NCBI GenBank assembly: GCA_030746775.1
Contig: JASLLZ010000002.1
Span: 1,663 to 65,662 of the forward strand
Source of the DNA: Rhodospirillales bacterium
Lineage (GTDB): Bacteria; Pseudomonadota; Alphaproteobacteria; Rhodospirillales; JASLLZ01
Direction: 5' to 3'
DNA length: 64,000 nt
The translations under genes and the position numbers were made by a program. Positions within the stretch are counted from its first letter, which is position 1. Every line of letters begins with the position of its first letter. The notes under the pieces were generated by a model. It was not told where the DNA came from. It saw only the letters and a list, made by a program, of their open reading frames with translations, and searched no databases. Positions 39,437 through 48,711 of this stretch are shown piece by piece.

Positions 39437-40545
39437 GACGCCTCATCCTGGGGCGGAGGCGTGCGGTAGAGGTCCGAGATCGCCTCGTTGGGGCGGCCCA
39501 GACGCGCCGACGCGGCGCCGGTGGCGACATCCACCCAGCCGCCGTCCTCGTCGGAGCGATAGAAGGCGTGGAGCAGCTTGAGGGTGTTCAGGCAGTCGTC
39601 CCGGCTCACGGGATAGGGAGTGCCTTGTCGGGCGAAAGCCAGAATGTCTTCGTACATCTGGCGGTGGCCGTAGCCATAGACGGCGCCCTGGCCCTTGATG
39701 CCCAAAAAGTCCTCGCTGTTGTCGGCGCAGGCGTCGGGCTCGGGGGTAAAGACCTGCAATTCGTTGACGCCGATGCCGCCGATCTGGGCCAGGCCCAGCG
39801 ATCCGACGATGGAAAGCGAGGCCTCGAAGTCGTCGGGCCGGGCCGCGGTGGTCGCCTCCAGGCTGCCCACGGCGCCGCTTTGGTAGGTAAAGGTGGCGAC
39901 GGCGGTGTCCTCGGCCTCGATCTCGGACCCGAGCGTGCGCATGGTGGCGTTGACGCGGCTCACCTCGCCGCCCAGGTGGCGCAGCAGATCGACGTGGTGG
40001 ATGGACTGGTTGGTCAGGGCGCCGCCGTCGTGGGACAGGGTGCCGCGCCACGCGGCCAGGTCGTAATAGCGCTGCGGCCGGCACCACCTGACGCGCACGT
40101 TCATCACCCGGATGTCGCCCAGCTCGCCTCCTTGCAGCGCCCTCCGCACCCGCCCGACGGCCTTGTTGTGGCGGTTCTGAAAGACCGGGAAGATGGCGAC
40201 GCCGTGGCGCTCCGCCGCCTCGTAGGCCGTGATGAGTTGTTCGGGACGCATGAAGGTCGGCTTCTCGACGATGACGTTCTTGGCGTAGCGTTCGATGATG
40301 TCCAAGGCGTGCTCGGAATGCATGCCCGATGGCGTGATCACGGCGACGGTGTCGATCTCGGGATGGGCTTGCATCATGGCGTGATAGTCGGTGAACCAGG
40401 GCACGGCGAACTCGTCGCCGAAGGCCTTGGCCTTTTCCGCCACCAGGTCGCAGACGGCGATCAAGGAAACACCATCCAGCGCCTTGACAAAGGTGCAGTG
40501 GTGACCGGCAACCCGCCCGCAGCCGATGACAGCGACGTTCAACAT
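39433..40545 (-). CDS. Gfo/Idh/MocA oxidoreductase (WlbA/WbpB-like sugar dehydrogenase)
   Basis: IGCGRV, TPSGMH, VEKP, FQNR, WRGT..DGG.LTNQSIH. Confidence 0.88.
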   Translation of the reverse strand: MLNVAVIGCGRVAGHHCTFVKALDGVSLIAVCDLVAEKAKAFGDEFAVPWFTDYHAMMQAHPEIDTVAVITPSGMHSEHALDIIERYAKNVIVEKPTFMRPEQLITAYEAAERHGVAIFPVFQNRHNKAVGRVRRALQGGELGDIRVMNVRVRWCRPQRYYDLAAWRGTLSHDGGALTNQSIHHVDLLRHLGGEVSRVNATMRTLGSEIEAEDTAVATFTYQSGAVGSLEATTAARPDDFEASLSIVGSLGLAQIGGIGVNELQVFTPEPDACADNSEDFLGIKGQGAVYGYGHRQMYEDILAFARQGTPYPVSRDDCLNTLKLLHAFYRSDEDGGWVDVATGAASARLGRPNEAISDLYRTPPPQDEAS

Positions 40546-42149
40546 GATGGTTCGTTTCCCCCGGCCATGAGATACCGCCGCCATACCGCCAAATCAACCG
40601 CCGCCATGACTCCCCCCCGGTCCATGGTCTGCGGCGGCCGGGCGGTCGCCAGGGCCTCTTCCAGGGACTCCGCATCGACCGGGACGGCGGCGACGCCGTC
40701 GGGCAGGATGTCGATGGCGATGCGTCCCTCGGGGCGAAAGCGAAACGTCGGCAGTCCGGCCAAGAGGGCCTCCAGGCCGACGGTCCCGGTGGAATAGAGA
40801 ACGCCCGACAGCGCCCGGTGCCGGGGCAGCACGCGGGTTGTGCGCCGCAGGGTCTCTGTTTCGGCGAATTCGAAGGGGTACATGGGATGGTCTTTGACCA
40901 CGAAGCGCCGTTTCGTGGGACCGAGGGCCCTGACAGCGGCCATCATCTGGGCCGAGATGTCGGTGTCGCTCGACAAGGCCACGAAGACGGGGGCCTGGAC
41001 GTCGTGGACGATATCCTGATTCGCCAAGCGAAAGGCTCCCCCCACCGCCAAACGGTCCGCCGGGACGCCCCAGGCTTCCAACTGACGGCGATAGGCCGGC
41101 CCGTTGCAGACGATGACGTCGGGCAGGCCGGCAAGCCCGTCGGGGTTCGACGCCGGGCTCTGGTTGTACATGTGACGCCCGATGACCGTATGTTGATAAC
41201 CCACCGTGGCGATGCCCAGGCGTCTGGCTGTGCGCACCAGGGCGCGCTCCCAGGGGTGGTTTTCCCACGGCCAGGCGACGACCGGCGGCCGCCGAGCCTT
41301 GAGCCAGGCTTCCTGGCACCCGATCTGCCAGCGCGTCGCCGCCGCCGCCGCCCGGCCGCCCTCCAAAACCGCCGCCCGGCGCACCAGCCAGCCAAGCGGG
41401 CCCGCGGCATCATTGGCGGAAGGCCGCCACCGGGTGAAGGGCAATGCAAGGAGGTGGGCCGGTTCACCCCAGGGGTGAAGACTGGAAGCGCGCCCGCCGG
41501 CGGACAGGTGGCGCGCCCGGCCGCCGCGGCAATCGGTGTGCAATAGCCGGTTGAGGCCGGAAAGCCTGTCCATCAGGTCGCCGAAATAGGCATCCCAGCC
41601 ATCCGCCCGGCTTGCCGGATGGCCATAGACGACCAATGTCGGGGCAGCCGTGGGAACGCGCCGGCGATGACCGCGCAGTACGAGGTTGGTCCCCAACAAG
41701 TGCACCGCTAGCCTCCCCCGGGCAGCGATGCCGCGCAACGCATGACCGATCCGTTTCGGCCACAGGGCGGGAGCCTGCCCCGCCTCGATGCCCGGCCGCC
41801 CGGCCAGGTGGCGAAACAGCCACGGGTCGTCGCAGACCATGAGGACGTCGCCGGCGCTTTTCCCCAAATCATCAGCCAGACGCGTCCAGGCCAGCATGAT
41901 GCCCAAATCCGAGCCATAGCTGGCGCAGGTCGGGGCGTGGGCCCACTCGGCGCTTGGCGTGGCGCCAAGGGCCTTGCCAAGCCCCCACCATTCGTCGCGG
42001 ATGGCATCGAAGGCTTGTTCCAGGAGGCGCGGGGCATCGGCGAGCTTGGCGCCGCGCCCGGCGGGCGGCGCCGTGCCGGTGACGGCGATCCACGGAATGT
42101 CGGCGGCGATGCCGCCAAGGTCGGACGACGCGCGTAGCTGAACGGTCAC
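40539..42149 (-). CDS. Hypothetical protein (possibly glycosyltransferase-like)
   Basis: 536-aa ORF filling the operon gap; GYQH and TVGLEALLAGLP segments resemble GT-B-like capsule proteins. Confidence 0.6.
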   Translation of the reverse strand: MTVQLRASSDLGGIAADIPWIAVTGTAPPAGRGAKLADAPRLLEQAFDAIRDEWWGLGKALGATPSAEWAHAPTCASYGSDLGIMLAWTRLADDLGKSAGDVLMVCDDPWLFRHLAGRPGIEAGQAPALWPKRIGHALRGIAARGRLAVHLLGTNLVLRGHRRRVPTAAPTLVVYGHPASRADGWDAYFGDLMDRLSGLNRLLHTDCRGGRARHLSAGGRASSLHPWGEPAHLLALPFTRWRPSANDAAGPLGWLVRRAAVLEGGRAAAAATRWQIGCQEAWLKARRPPVVAWPWENHPWERALVRTARRLGIATVGYQHTVIGRHMYNQSPASNPDGLAGLPDVIVCNGPAYRRQLEAWGVPADRLAVGGAFRLANQDIVHDVQAPVFVALSSDTDISAQMMAAVRALGPTKRRFVVKDHPMYPFEFAETETLRRTTRVLPRHRALSGVLYSTGTVGLEALLAGLPTFRFRPEGRIAIDILPDGVAAVPVDAESLEEALATARPPQTMDRGGVMAAVDLAVWRRYLMAGGNEPSC

Positions 42150-42155
42150 GCCGGG

Positions 42156-42941
42156 CTAGAGCCAGTCGCCGCCGGTCAGGGCGATCATCTGGCCGGTCAT
42201 GAAACGGCTCCACCCCGACAGCAAAAAGACGATCAAGGCCGCCGCCTCTTGTGGGTCGCCGCCGCGTTTGAGGGGGACCAGGCGGGCCCGTTCGGCCATC
42301 TGTTCCTCGTTTCGCCCCGACCAGCGCTGGTGGAAGCCGCTGGCGATGAAGCCAAGGCGTACGCCGTTGACCAATATCCCGTCCGGCGCGCCGTCGCGGG
42401 CCAGGCCCTGGACCAGGGCCTCGGTGCCGCGCTTGGCGACGGCGTAGGGAAACGACTGGGGAGAGCCGCCGTGGAGCGCCGATTCGGTGCCGTTGAGGAC
42501 GATGCGCCCGCCCGAACCCTGGGCCTTCATGCGGCGAAGGGCTGCGCGGGCGGCGAAAAACGGAATGTTGAGGTTGAGGTGGATGTCGGCCTGCCACTCG
42601 GCGGCGCTTAAACCATCCCAGTGGTCGGTAGGGCTCAGACGGCCGGCCAGCATGACCAGGGCGTCGATACCGCCCGCCGCCTCGTAAAACCGCTCGATCA
42701 CGTCGATGCAGTCGGCCTCGCTCTCCAGGCTTGCCTGGAGCGGCAAGACGCGGTCATCGCCGACGCCGTCGTAAAGGTTGGTATTGCCATGGGCGCCGAT
42801 GGTGCAGTCCGATCCCTGGCGCAGCATGTCGACGACGGCCCGGCCCAGGCCGCCGCTGGCGCCAAGGACCAAGATCCGTGCCCCGGGTTCAGAGGCGGGC
42901 AGCCAATCGGGGCGGATGAAGGGGCTCGGCGATTTGCTCAT
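42156..42941 (-). CDS. SDR family oxidoreductase
   Basis: GASGGLG, YAVAK, TGQMIALTGG; ATGA overlap at the start. Confidence 0.85.
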   Translation of the reverse strand: MSKSPSPFIRPDWLPASEPGARILVLGASGGLGRAVVDMLRQGSDCTIGAHGNTNLYDGVGDDRVLPLQASLESEADCIDVIERFYEAAGGIDALVMLAGRLSPTDHWDGLSAAEWQADIHLNLNIPFFAARAALRRMKAQGSGGRIVLNGTESALHGGSPQSFPYAVAKRGTEALVQGLARDGAPDGILVNGVRLGFIASGFHQRWSGRNEEQMAERARLVPLKRGGDPQEAAALIVFLLSGWSRFMTGQMIALTGGDWL

Positions 42942-43750
42942 CGGTAACACTCCTTGAGGACTCGGGCGCTCGCCGCCACGTCGGCCAGGGGATCGTCGGC
43001 GTCGAGCATGCGTTGTTCGATCGAAACGAAGTCCTGGTAGCCGATGTCGCGCAAAAACCCGCCGAGCGCCGCGTGATCGACGGCACCGCTGCTGCCCAAG
43101 ACGCCGAGATCGGGCTCGTTGGCGTGGAAATGGACCAGATGGGGGGCGGCGGCCCGGAAGGGCTCGCTCGTCGCCTCCGCGTTGGCGACCAGGGCCTTTG
43201 CGTCCAGTTGCATGCGCAGGCCCGGATGGCTGACGGCCTCGACGATGGCCAGGGCATCGAAGGCCGAGTTGATGAAGTCGGTCTCGTCGGGACCCAGGGG
43301 CTCGAAGCAAAAGCACGTCCCATGACCTTCGGTGCGTTGGCCGAGTTCGGCCATGAAGGCCAGGGCTTCGGTCAGGGCCGCCGCCTCGGCAACGTCGCCG
43401 CGCCGCCGCCCGCCGCCCCAAATGAGTGTCCGCCCGCCGAGATCGCGGCACACGGCCGACAGATGGACTAAGAAATCGAGCGTTTCCGCCCTCGTTTCCG
43501 CCTCCCGGAAGAGGCCAAGTTCGGGGTGGTCGTAGAACAGCGAATGAAGGCCGACGACCGACAGGCCGGCGGCCTCGACGTCGCGGCGGTAGGCCCGGAC
43601 CTTCTCGGGGGTCAGGCCGCGCCAGGTATCGCGCCACACCCGGCTCGGCGCCACCTCGACGCCGGCGAGGCCAAGCTCGGTCAGGCGCCCAAGCTCGGCG
43701 GCGTGGCCGTAGGCGCTCAGCGCGATATTGGAGACGGCGAGTTTGGGCAA
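42938..43750 (-). CDS. Sugar-phosphate isomerase/epimerase (xylose isomerase-like TIM barrel)
   Basis: KLAVSNIA, EVAP, FEP, HFHANEP, VSIEQ; TTG start inferred. Confidence 0.8.
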   Translation of the reverse strand: MPKLAVSNIALSAYGHAAELGRLTELGLAGVEVAPSRVWRDTWRGLTPEKVRAYRRDVEAAGLSVVGLHSLFYDHPELGLFREAETRAETLDFLVHLSAVCRDLGGRTLIWGGGRRRGDVAEAAALTEALAFMAELGQRTEGHGTCFCFEPLGPDETDFINSAFDALAIVEAVSHPGLRMQLDAKALVANAEATSEPFRAAAPHLVHFHANEPDLGVLGSSGAVDHAALGGFLRDIGYQDFVSIEQRMLDADDPLADVAASARVLKECYR

Positions 43751-43754
43751 GGCG

Positions 43755-45539
43755 CTAGTCGCAACCCGCCGCCACGGCTTCGTCGGCGGCGGTTGCCTGC
43801 TGGGCGTCCGCCGCGATCTCGGGACCGAACAGACCGATGATGCGCTCGTTCGTGATTGCCGGTAGCTCGGCAAGTCGCCGGGCAATCACCGCATTGAAAC
43901 CAGGAACTAGGGGATGGTCGGGCCGGTATATATTGTTCAACTCGCCGGGGTCGGTGCTGACGTCGTAAAGTTCGTTGCCCTCGGGGCTGAGGTTGTCGCG
44001 GGGGTCGCGATATTCCTTCCACAGGTAGTGATGGTCGCGGGTGCGAACCCCGAAATAGAGCGGCCGGTGGTCGAACAGGCAATTGCCGGCGAAAAAGGTC
44101 TCCATCAGCACATGCGGCTGTTGTGCCTGCGCCGCGTCGGTCAGGGCCGTGCCTTCCCATCCAGGCGCCGGCTCGATGCCGGCCAGTGCCGCCGTCGTCG
44201 GGGCGATATCCATGATGGTGGACAGCCCGTCGTACCGTTGCGCCCCAAGTCCGGGCCGATGAAACAAGGTCGGAACTCGGGCGTTATGCTCATAGAGCAG
44301 GAAATAGTGGCCAAAGTCTCCGTGGTCGCCCAGTTCCTCGCCGTGGTCACCGCTGATCACGACCAAGGTGTCATCTCGCAGGCCAAGCCGGTCCAGGGCG
44401 TCGACGATGCGCCCAATCTCCGCGTCGGTGGATCGAAGCGCCGCGTCGTAAAGGGCCGAAAAGACGGCTTCGTCTTCCTTGTTGTTTGGTTTTTCACCGA
44501 AGGTCACCGATGGGTTGAAGTCTCGCGGGTAACCAAGGGCGGCAAGGTGGTCTGCGGTTTGCTCGTACCATTTTAGGCCGTGGCCCGAGACGTAGGGTTC
44601 ATGGGTGTCCATGAAATGGGTCCAAATGAAAAACGGCCGCGTGGAATCCCGATTGTCTAATAAAGAGATGACCTTGTCGGCCAGCGACCGCGCGTCGGGA
44701 TAGTTCTTGTATCGCGTGCTTCGGCATTGCGCCAAGCCAGGGCGCACCGTGCCGAGCAACCGGTTGCCGGCGCGGAACAGCCCTTCGCTCAGAAGTTTGG
44801 TCAACTTGCGGCAAAAATACCATTCCTTGGGCAGCCAACGCCCCCCCCAAGCGTCCATGGTCGCGGCGTTCCACAGGTGCTTGTCCACGTAGGCCAATTT
44901 GTCGGCCAGATATTCCTGCCGGTGGCGGTCGATGAGTTTTCGTACCTTGATGAAATCGTAACGCGCATTGACCAGGCCCGAATGGGGGAAGTCGGCCCTC
45001 AGTTCCTCCTGTCGTTGCAAGTGAAGGGCGCAATACTCAAGGGTGTTGTCGAACATCTTGAGGAGCACCGGATCGACCGCTTCCAACATGGCGTCCGGGG
45101 AGATGTCCTTGGATTGGTAGCCGGCGAGAGAACTTCGGATCATTGCCAGCGCCACTCCGGGAAGCGTGTTCAGCCCGAAGAGTTGGTACTCCTCGTCGAT
45201 GCCATCGCCATAACCGAAAAAGCGGTTGACCCAGTGGAGCGTGCTAAGACAGGTGGTGTGATAGCCGGCGTCGTGAAAGCACTTGAAGATCGTCGGCGGG
45301 CGTCCCCGGGCGCCGTAATCGTATCCGCCGTATGACAGCGGCCTGCTTGAGGTCAGGAATTGAACGCAAGCGGTTTGGGTAAAGGTGCCCATGGTGTACG
45401 AGCGTTCGCACACGATGGCGTCCCGGGCCAGGCGCTCCAGAGTCGGGGTCGTCGGGCGCGCATAGCCGTGCAGACTCGCGCGGTCGGCGCGAAAGGCGTC
45501 GATCGTCAAAACGATCACGTTCGGTTGGCTCGACGACAT
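43755..45539 (-). CDS. Sulfatase/alkaline-phosphatase superfamily hydrolase or transferase
   Basis: PNVIVLTIDAFRAD, HFMDTHEPY, SGDHGEE, ELYD..DPGE; canonical C/SxPxR motif missing. Confidence 0.85.
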   Translation of the reverse strand: MSSSQPNVIVLTIDAFRADRASLHGYARPTTPTLERLARDAIVCERSYTMGTFTQTACVQFLTSSRPLSYGGYDYGARGRPPTIFKCFHDAGYHTTCLSTLHWVNRFFGYGDGIDEEYQLFGLNTLPGVALAMIRSSLAGYQSKDISPDAMLEAVDPVLLKMFDNTLEYCALHLQRQEELRADFPHSGLVNARYDFIKVRKLIDRHRQEYLADKLAYVDKHLWNAATMDAWGGRWLPKEWYFCRKLTKLLSEGLFRAGNRLLGTVRPGLAQCRSTRYKNYPDARSLADKVISLLDNRDSTRPFFIWTHFMDTHEPYVSGHGLKWYEQTADHLAALGYPRDFNPSVTFGEKPNNKEDEAVFSALYDAALRSTDAEIGRIVDALDRLGLRDDTLVVISGDHGEELGDHGDFGHYFLLYEHNARVPTLFHRPGLGAQRYDGLSTIMDIAPTTAALAGIEPAPGWEGTALTDAAQAQQPHVLMETFFAGNCLFDHRPLYFGVRTRDHHYLWKEYRDPRDNLSPEGNELYDVSTDPGELNNIYRPDHPLVPGFNAVIARRLAELPAITNERIIGLFGPEIAADAQQATAADEAVAAGCD

Positions 45540-45581
45540 GGATTTCTTTGAAGGGAGGGTGTGGCTACCCGTAAGTCCCGT

Positions 45582-46379
45582 TTAAGGACGGCAAAGGAAT
45601 AGGGGTGATCGCTTGGGAATCCCAAAGTATCCCTTTTCGTCCATCTCAGCCTGCACCACGGTGGCGTAACGCTCGAAGAAGTCGTCGGCCACCGACATGT
45701 CGCGCGGCTTCACACCCGAGGCGACGTAATCGAGCATGAACTGGATGTCGGTAACTTCCAGCATGTCCTCCTGGACGTGTTTTTCGATGTTGCCGAAAAA
45801 TTGGGGCAGCATCTTGTCTGCGATTTCCTCGGTGAAACTGTCGATGATCCGATCGGTGGGAAAATTCGCATCAAGGCGGCGACCGATCTCGTAGACATTG
45901 AACATGTGGATCTCGCTGTTCGTCGTGATGGTGACGAACCCGTCAGGACGCAGGACCCTCTTAATCTCGGAAAATGCGCGGGCTTTGTCCTGGGTGTGAT
46001 AGATGATGTGATGGGCGTTGACGAGGTCGAAACTGTCGTCGTCGTAGGGAAGATTCTCGACGTCGGCGGTTTCCACTTTCGCCTCCGTGTCGCCCAGGTT
46101 GGCCAGGGTCTTTTCCACCATGGCTTGCGAGAAGTCGGTCAGGGTCAAGGTGGAGCCGGCGGGCAAGCGGGACTGATTTTCCCGCCAGAAGATTCCCGTG
46201 CCGCATCCCACCTCCAAAACATCGACCGGCTTGGTCAGCGGCAAATGGCTGCCAATCCAGGCATGAAACGATTCCGGATTGGTGCTGAACAACTGGTGTA
46301 TCTTGATCCTGGCGTCGAGATTTGCCGTCGTGCCGTACTGCAGGTTTTTCAGATATTCCTTGGTGATCGCGGTATCCAT
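45582..46379 (-). CDS. Class I SAM-dependent methyltransferase
   Basis: VLEVGCGTG, LPYDDDSFD, RVLRPDG. Confidence 0.9.
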   Translation of the reverse strand: MDTAITKEYLKNLQYGTTANLDARIKIHQLFSTNPESFHAWIGSHLPLTKPVDVLEVGCGTGIFWRENQSRLPAGSTLTLTDFSQAMVEKTLANLGDTEAKVETADVENLPYDDDSFDLVNAHHIIYHTQDKARAFSEIKRVLRPDGFVTITTNSEIHMFNVYEIGRRLDANFPTDRIIDSFTEEIADKMLPQFFGNIEKHVQEDMLEVTDIQFMLDYVASGVKPRDMSVADDFFERYATVVQAEMDEKGYFGIPKRSPLFLCRP

Positions 46380-46404
46380 TGATCATATTCCCCTGCTTCG
46401 CGAA

Positions 46405-46992
46405 TTAACCCTTGATCCTAAACGCTTCTATTCCCTCGCAGCCAATATGTTCGACGACGGCTGCGCCCGACGCCGGAACGTCGATGCGAAAAATATCGGG
46501 CATGGTGATGGCCAGCCACTCCTCGTAACCAAAGCTGGGATCGTAGGTGTTGAGAATCAATCCCATCAAGGTGCCGTGGCTAACCACGGCAACGGCTTCG
46601 TCAGGGTGGTCCTTCTGAATCTTCCTCAATGCGCTGGTGGCGCGAACTTGCGCCTCGGCATTGGTCTCGCCACCGGGGAGGCGAAAGTCAAAGTCCTCCC
46701 ACATCCTTTGCCGCGCCGCCTTGAGGTCGGCGATGGGCTCGTCGGACATGGTCTTTTCCCTGAATTCGTCAGCGACGGTCACGCTGAGGCCGAGGCGTTT
46801 GGCCAGGGGTTCCATGGTCAGTCCGGCCCGCCGGAACGGGCTGGTATAGAGCGCCTTGACGGGAGGCGTCGCGGCCACCAGGCGCTCGGCAATCTGCTCC
46901 GCGTGCACCTGCCCTTCGGGTTCCAGTCCGCGTTCCGCGTCGGCCCCCCCCAGTTCCGATTTTCCGTGGCGTATCAGGTATACGGAATGCAT
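46405..46992 (-). CDS. Histidine phosphatase family protein
   Basis: LIRHG, SPFRRA, GGE, VSHG. Confidence 0.9.
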   Translation of the reverse strand: MHSVYLIRHGKSELGGADAERGLEPEGQVHAEQIAERLVAATPPVKALYTSPFRRAGLTMEPLAKRLGLSVTVADEFREKTMSDEPIADLKAARQRMWEDFDFRLPGGETNAEAQVRATSALRKIQKDHPDEAVAVVSHGTLMGLILNTYDPSFGYEEWLAITMPDIFRIDVPASGAAVVEHIGCEGIEAFRIKG

Positions 46993-47020
46993 AAACTTAT
47001 CTCCCAATTAGTGCACGTTC

Positions 47021-47554
47021 TTAGGTGAATCTAGGAAGCGCCTTGATGATGCGATCGACCAATTGCGTGATGTCTTCGAGCGCCTGATTGTTGTCGATGG
47101 TGAAATCCGCATTGCCTGGTGGAACGAAGGGAATGTCCACGCCGACAACGTCCTTCTTCTCGCCGGCAAGGGCCGGTTTGTATATGTTCTTTACGTCGCG
47201 GGCAAGCAGGGTTTCGAGCGACACATCCACAAATATCTCGAAATACTGATCGAAAGTCTCGCGATTCCAGCGCAACCACTCGGGATAATTGGACAGCACC
47301 GCGCAGATCATGTGAATGCCCTGCCGGTCGAGAAAAGCGCAGAGGTGGGAAAATCGACGTGCGTTCGTCTGCCGATCCTCGTAGCTATACCCCAGGTCGT
47401 GTCCCATGACTTGGCGAAACTCATCGCCGTCGAGGAAGACCAAGTTGGTGTGCCGGCCCTTGAGGCGCTCATAAAGCGCGCGGCCGATCGTCGTCTTTCC
47501 CGAACCGGAAAGTCCGGCGAGCCAAATGATCATCGCCAATACAGTCTCTGACAA
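47021..47554 (-). CDS. Adenylylsulfate kinase-family protein (Cj1415-like CDP-amidate 3'-kinase candidate)
   Basis: GLSGSGKTT P-loop, LDGD, RDVKNIY, VVGVDIPF. Confidence 0.85.
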   Translation of the reverse strand: MSETVLAMIIWLAGLSGSGKTTIGRALYERLKGRHTNLVFLDGDEFRQVMGHDLGYSYEDRQTNARRFSHLCAFLDRQGIHMICAVLSNYPEWLRWNRETFDQYFEIFVDVSLETLLARDVKNIYKPALAGEKKDVVGVDIPFVPPGNADFTIDNNQALEDITQLVDRIIKALPRFT

Positions 47555-47588
47555 GGATCTGTGTTGTCGGGCAGGGGGAGACCCCAGG

Positions 47589-48674
47589 TCATTCGTACAC
47601 GTGCCCCCATTCGTGGCTGTCCGAGTAATCGTATCCGAGGTCGTGGATCAACTCACGCTGCAAGCGTCCCAAAATATGTTTTTTCCGCGATTCCGAGATG
47701 ACGCCACGTTCCTTGCGGTACGAGACCCGGGAATTCGTCGCGTGTTCGTCTTTGGGGACCTTGTCCGCCATCGCCTTCTTGCTTGTCCTTTTGAGGGCTT
47801 CTTCAAGGCATTCCAGCGGGATGTCCAGTTTCCAAAAGTCGGTCATCGCTTTCAGCGTGCCGACCTGATCCGCCTTCAGTTCATGGTATCTCACGATCAG
47901 GCATCTTGGGTGCCAGGTGGCGACATCCCCCCAGCTATTGTAAAACTCAATGTCGTCGTCGAGGTAACGATCCCAATTGAAACTATCCTCGTCGTCCAGG
48001 GTAACCTCGGGCCAAAAAGAGCTGTTCCCGACCTTGAAGAAGTTGCCTTCCAGGCTTTCGAGGATGGATCGCACGACAACCACCACGTTCATATTCTTTA
48101 CCTTGCGACAGCGCAGGCGGTAATAGGGATGATGGGTGTGATAGAGCACGGGCTCGGTGATCAGCCCGAGCAGATCGTCGTTCATGGTACCCGCCGGCAC
48201 CCGCCAGTCCAGTTTTGTGTAACGAACGCCGCCGCTGGGATGCCACCAGTTGTCGATGTAGGCATAATCCCCTTTGCCGCCGGCGGCGAGGTCCATGGCA
48301 AGCGCGATGGCCAGCGAATACCACCCATATCCTGACCGCGACAGGGTGGCGCAAACGTTATCGATTTTACCGCCGTCGAAATAGAAACCGAGGCAGTTGA
48401 GTTTCTGACGGAAGTCGAAATCAGGACGGAGGAACAACTGGCCCAACGATAACGCGTCCCAAATGTCCTTGGCTGGAAACCTGTTGAGGACGATATCGCG
48501 TGCGCGGACCGGTAGAAGAGTGCGTTCCAGAAAACTCCACACACGGGCGGTGGCGGTGTCATTCGATTGGTAGAGGAGCATCCCGCTCTTGCTGAGGACG
48601 GGTTTGCGTCGCCCAAAAAATTCCCCCCGCGTATTCTCGGCCAGCTCCTCGGTCACGTCTTCCATGCCTGTCAT
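47589..48674 (-). CDS. Divergent sulfotransferase-fold protein
   Basis: SRSGYGW (5'-PSB-like), HTH, VVVRSILESL (3'-PB-like), LIVRYHELKAD; start uncertain (ORF extends to 48764). Confidence 0.7.
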   Translation of the reverse strand: MTGMEDVTEELAENTRGEFFGRRKPVLSKSGMLLYQSNDTATARVWSFLERTLLPVRARDIVLNRFPAKDIWDALSLGQLFLRPDFDFRQKLNCLGFYFDGGKIDNVCATLSRSGYGWYSLAIALAMDLAAGGKGDYAYIDNWWHPSGGVRYTKLDWRVPAGTMNDDLLGLITEPVLYHTHHPYYRLRCRKVKNMNVVVVVRSILESLEGNFFKVGNSSFWPEVTLDDEDSFNWDRYLDDDIEFYNSWGDVATWHPRCLIVRYHELKADQVGTLKAMTDFWKLDIPLECLEEALKRTSKKAMADKVPKDEHATNSRVSYRKERGVISESRKKHILGRLQRELIHDLGYDYSDSHEWGHVYE

Positions 48675-48711
48675 CGGATACCGTTTTTTCCCTTGTATCG
48701 TCGCATTACGC

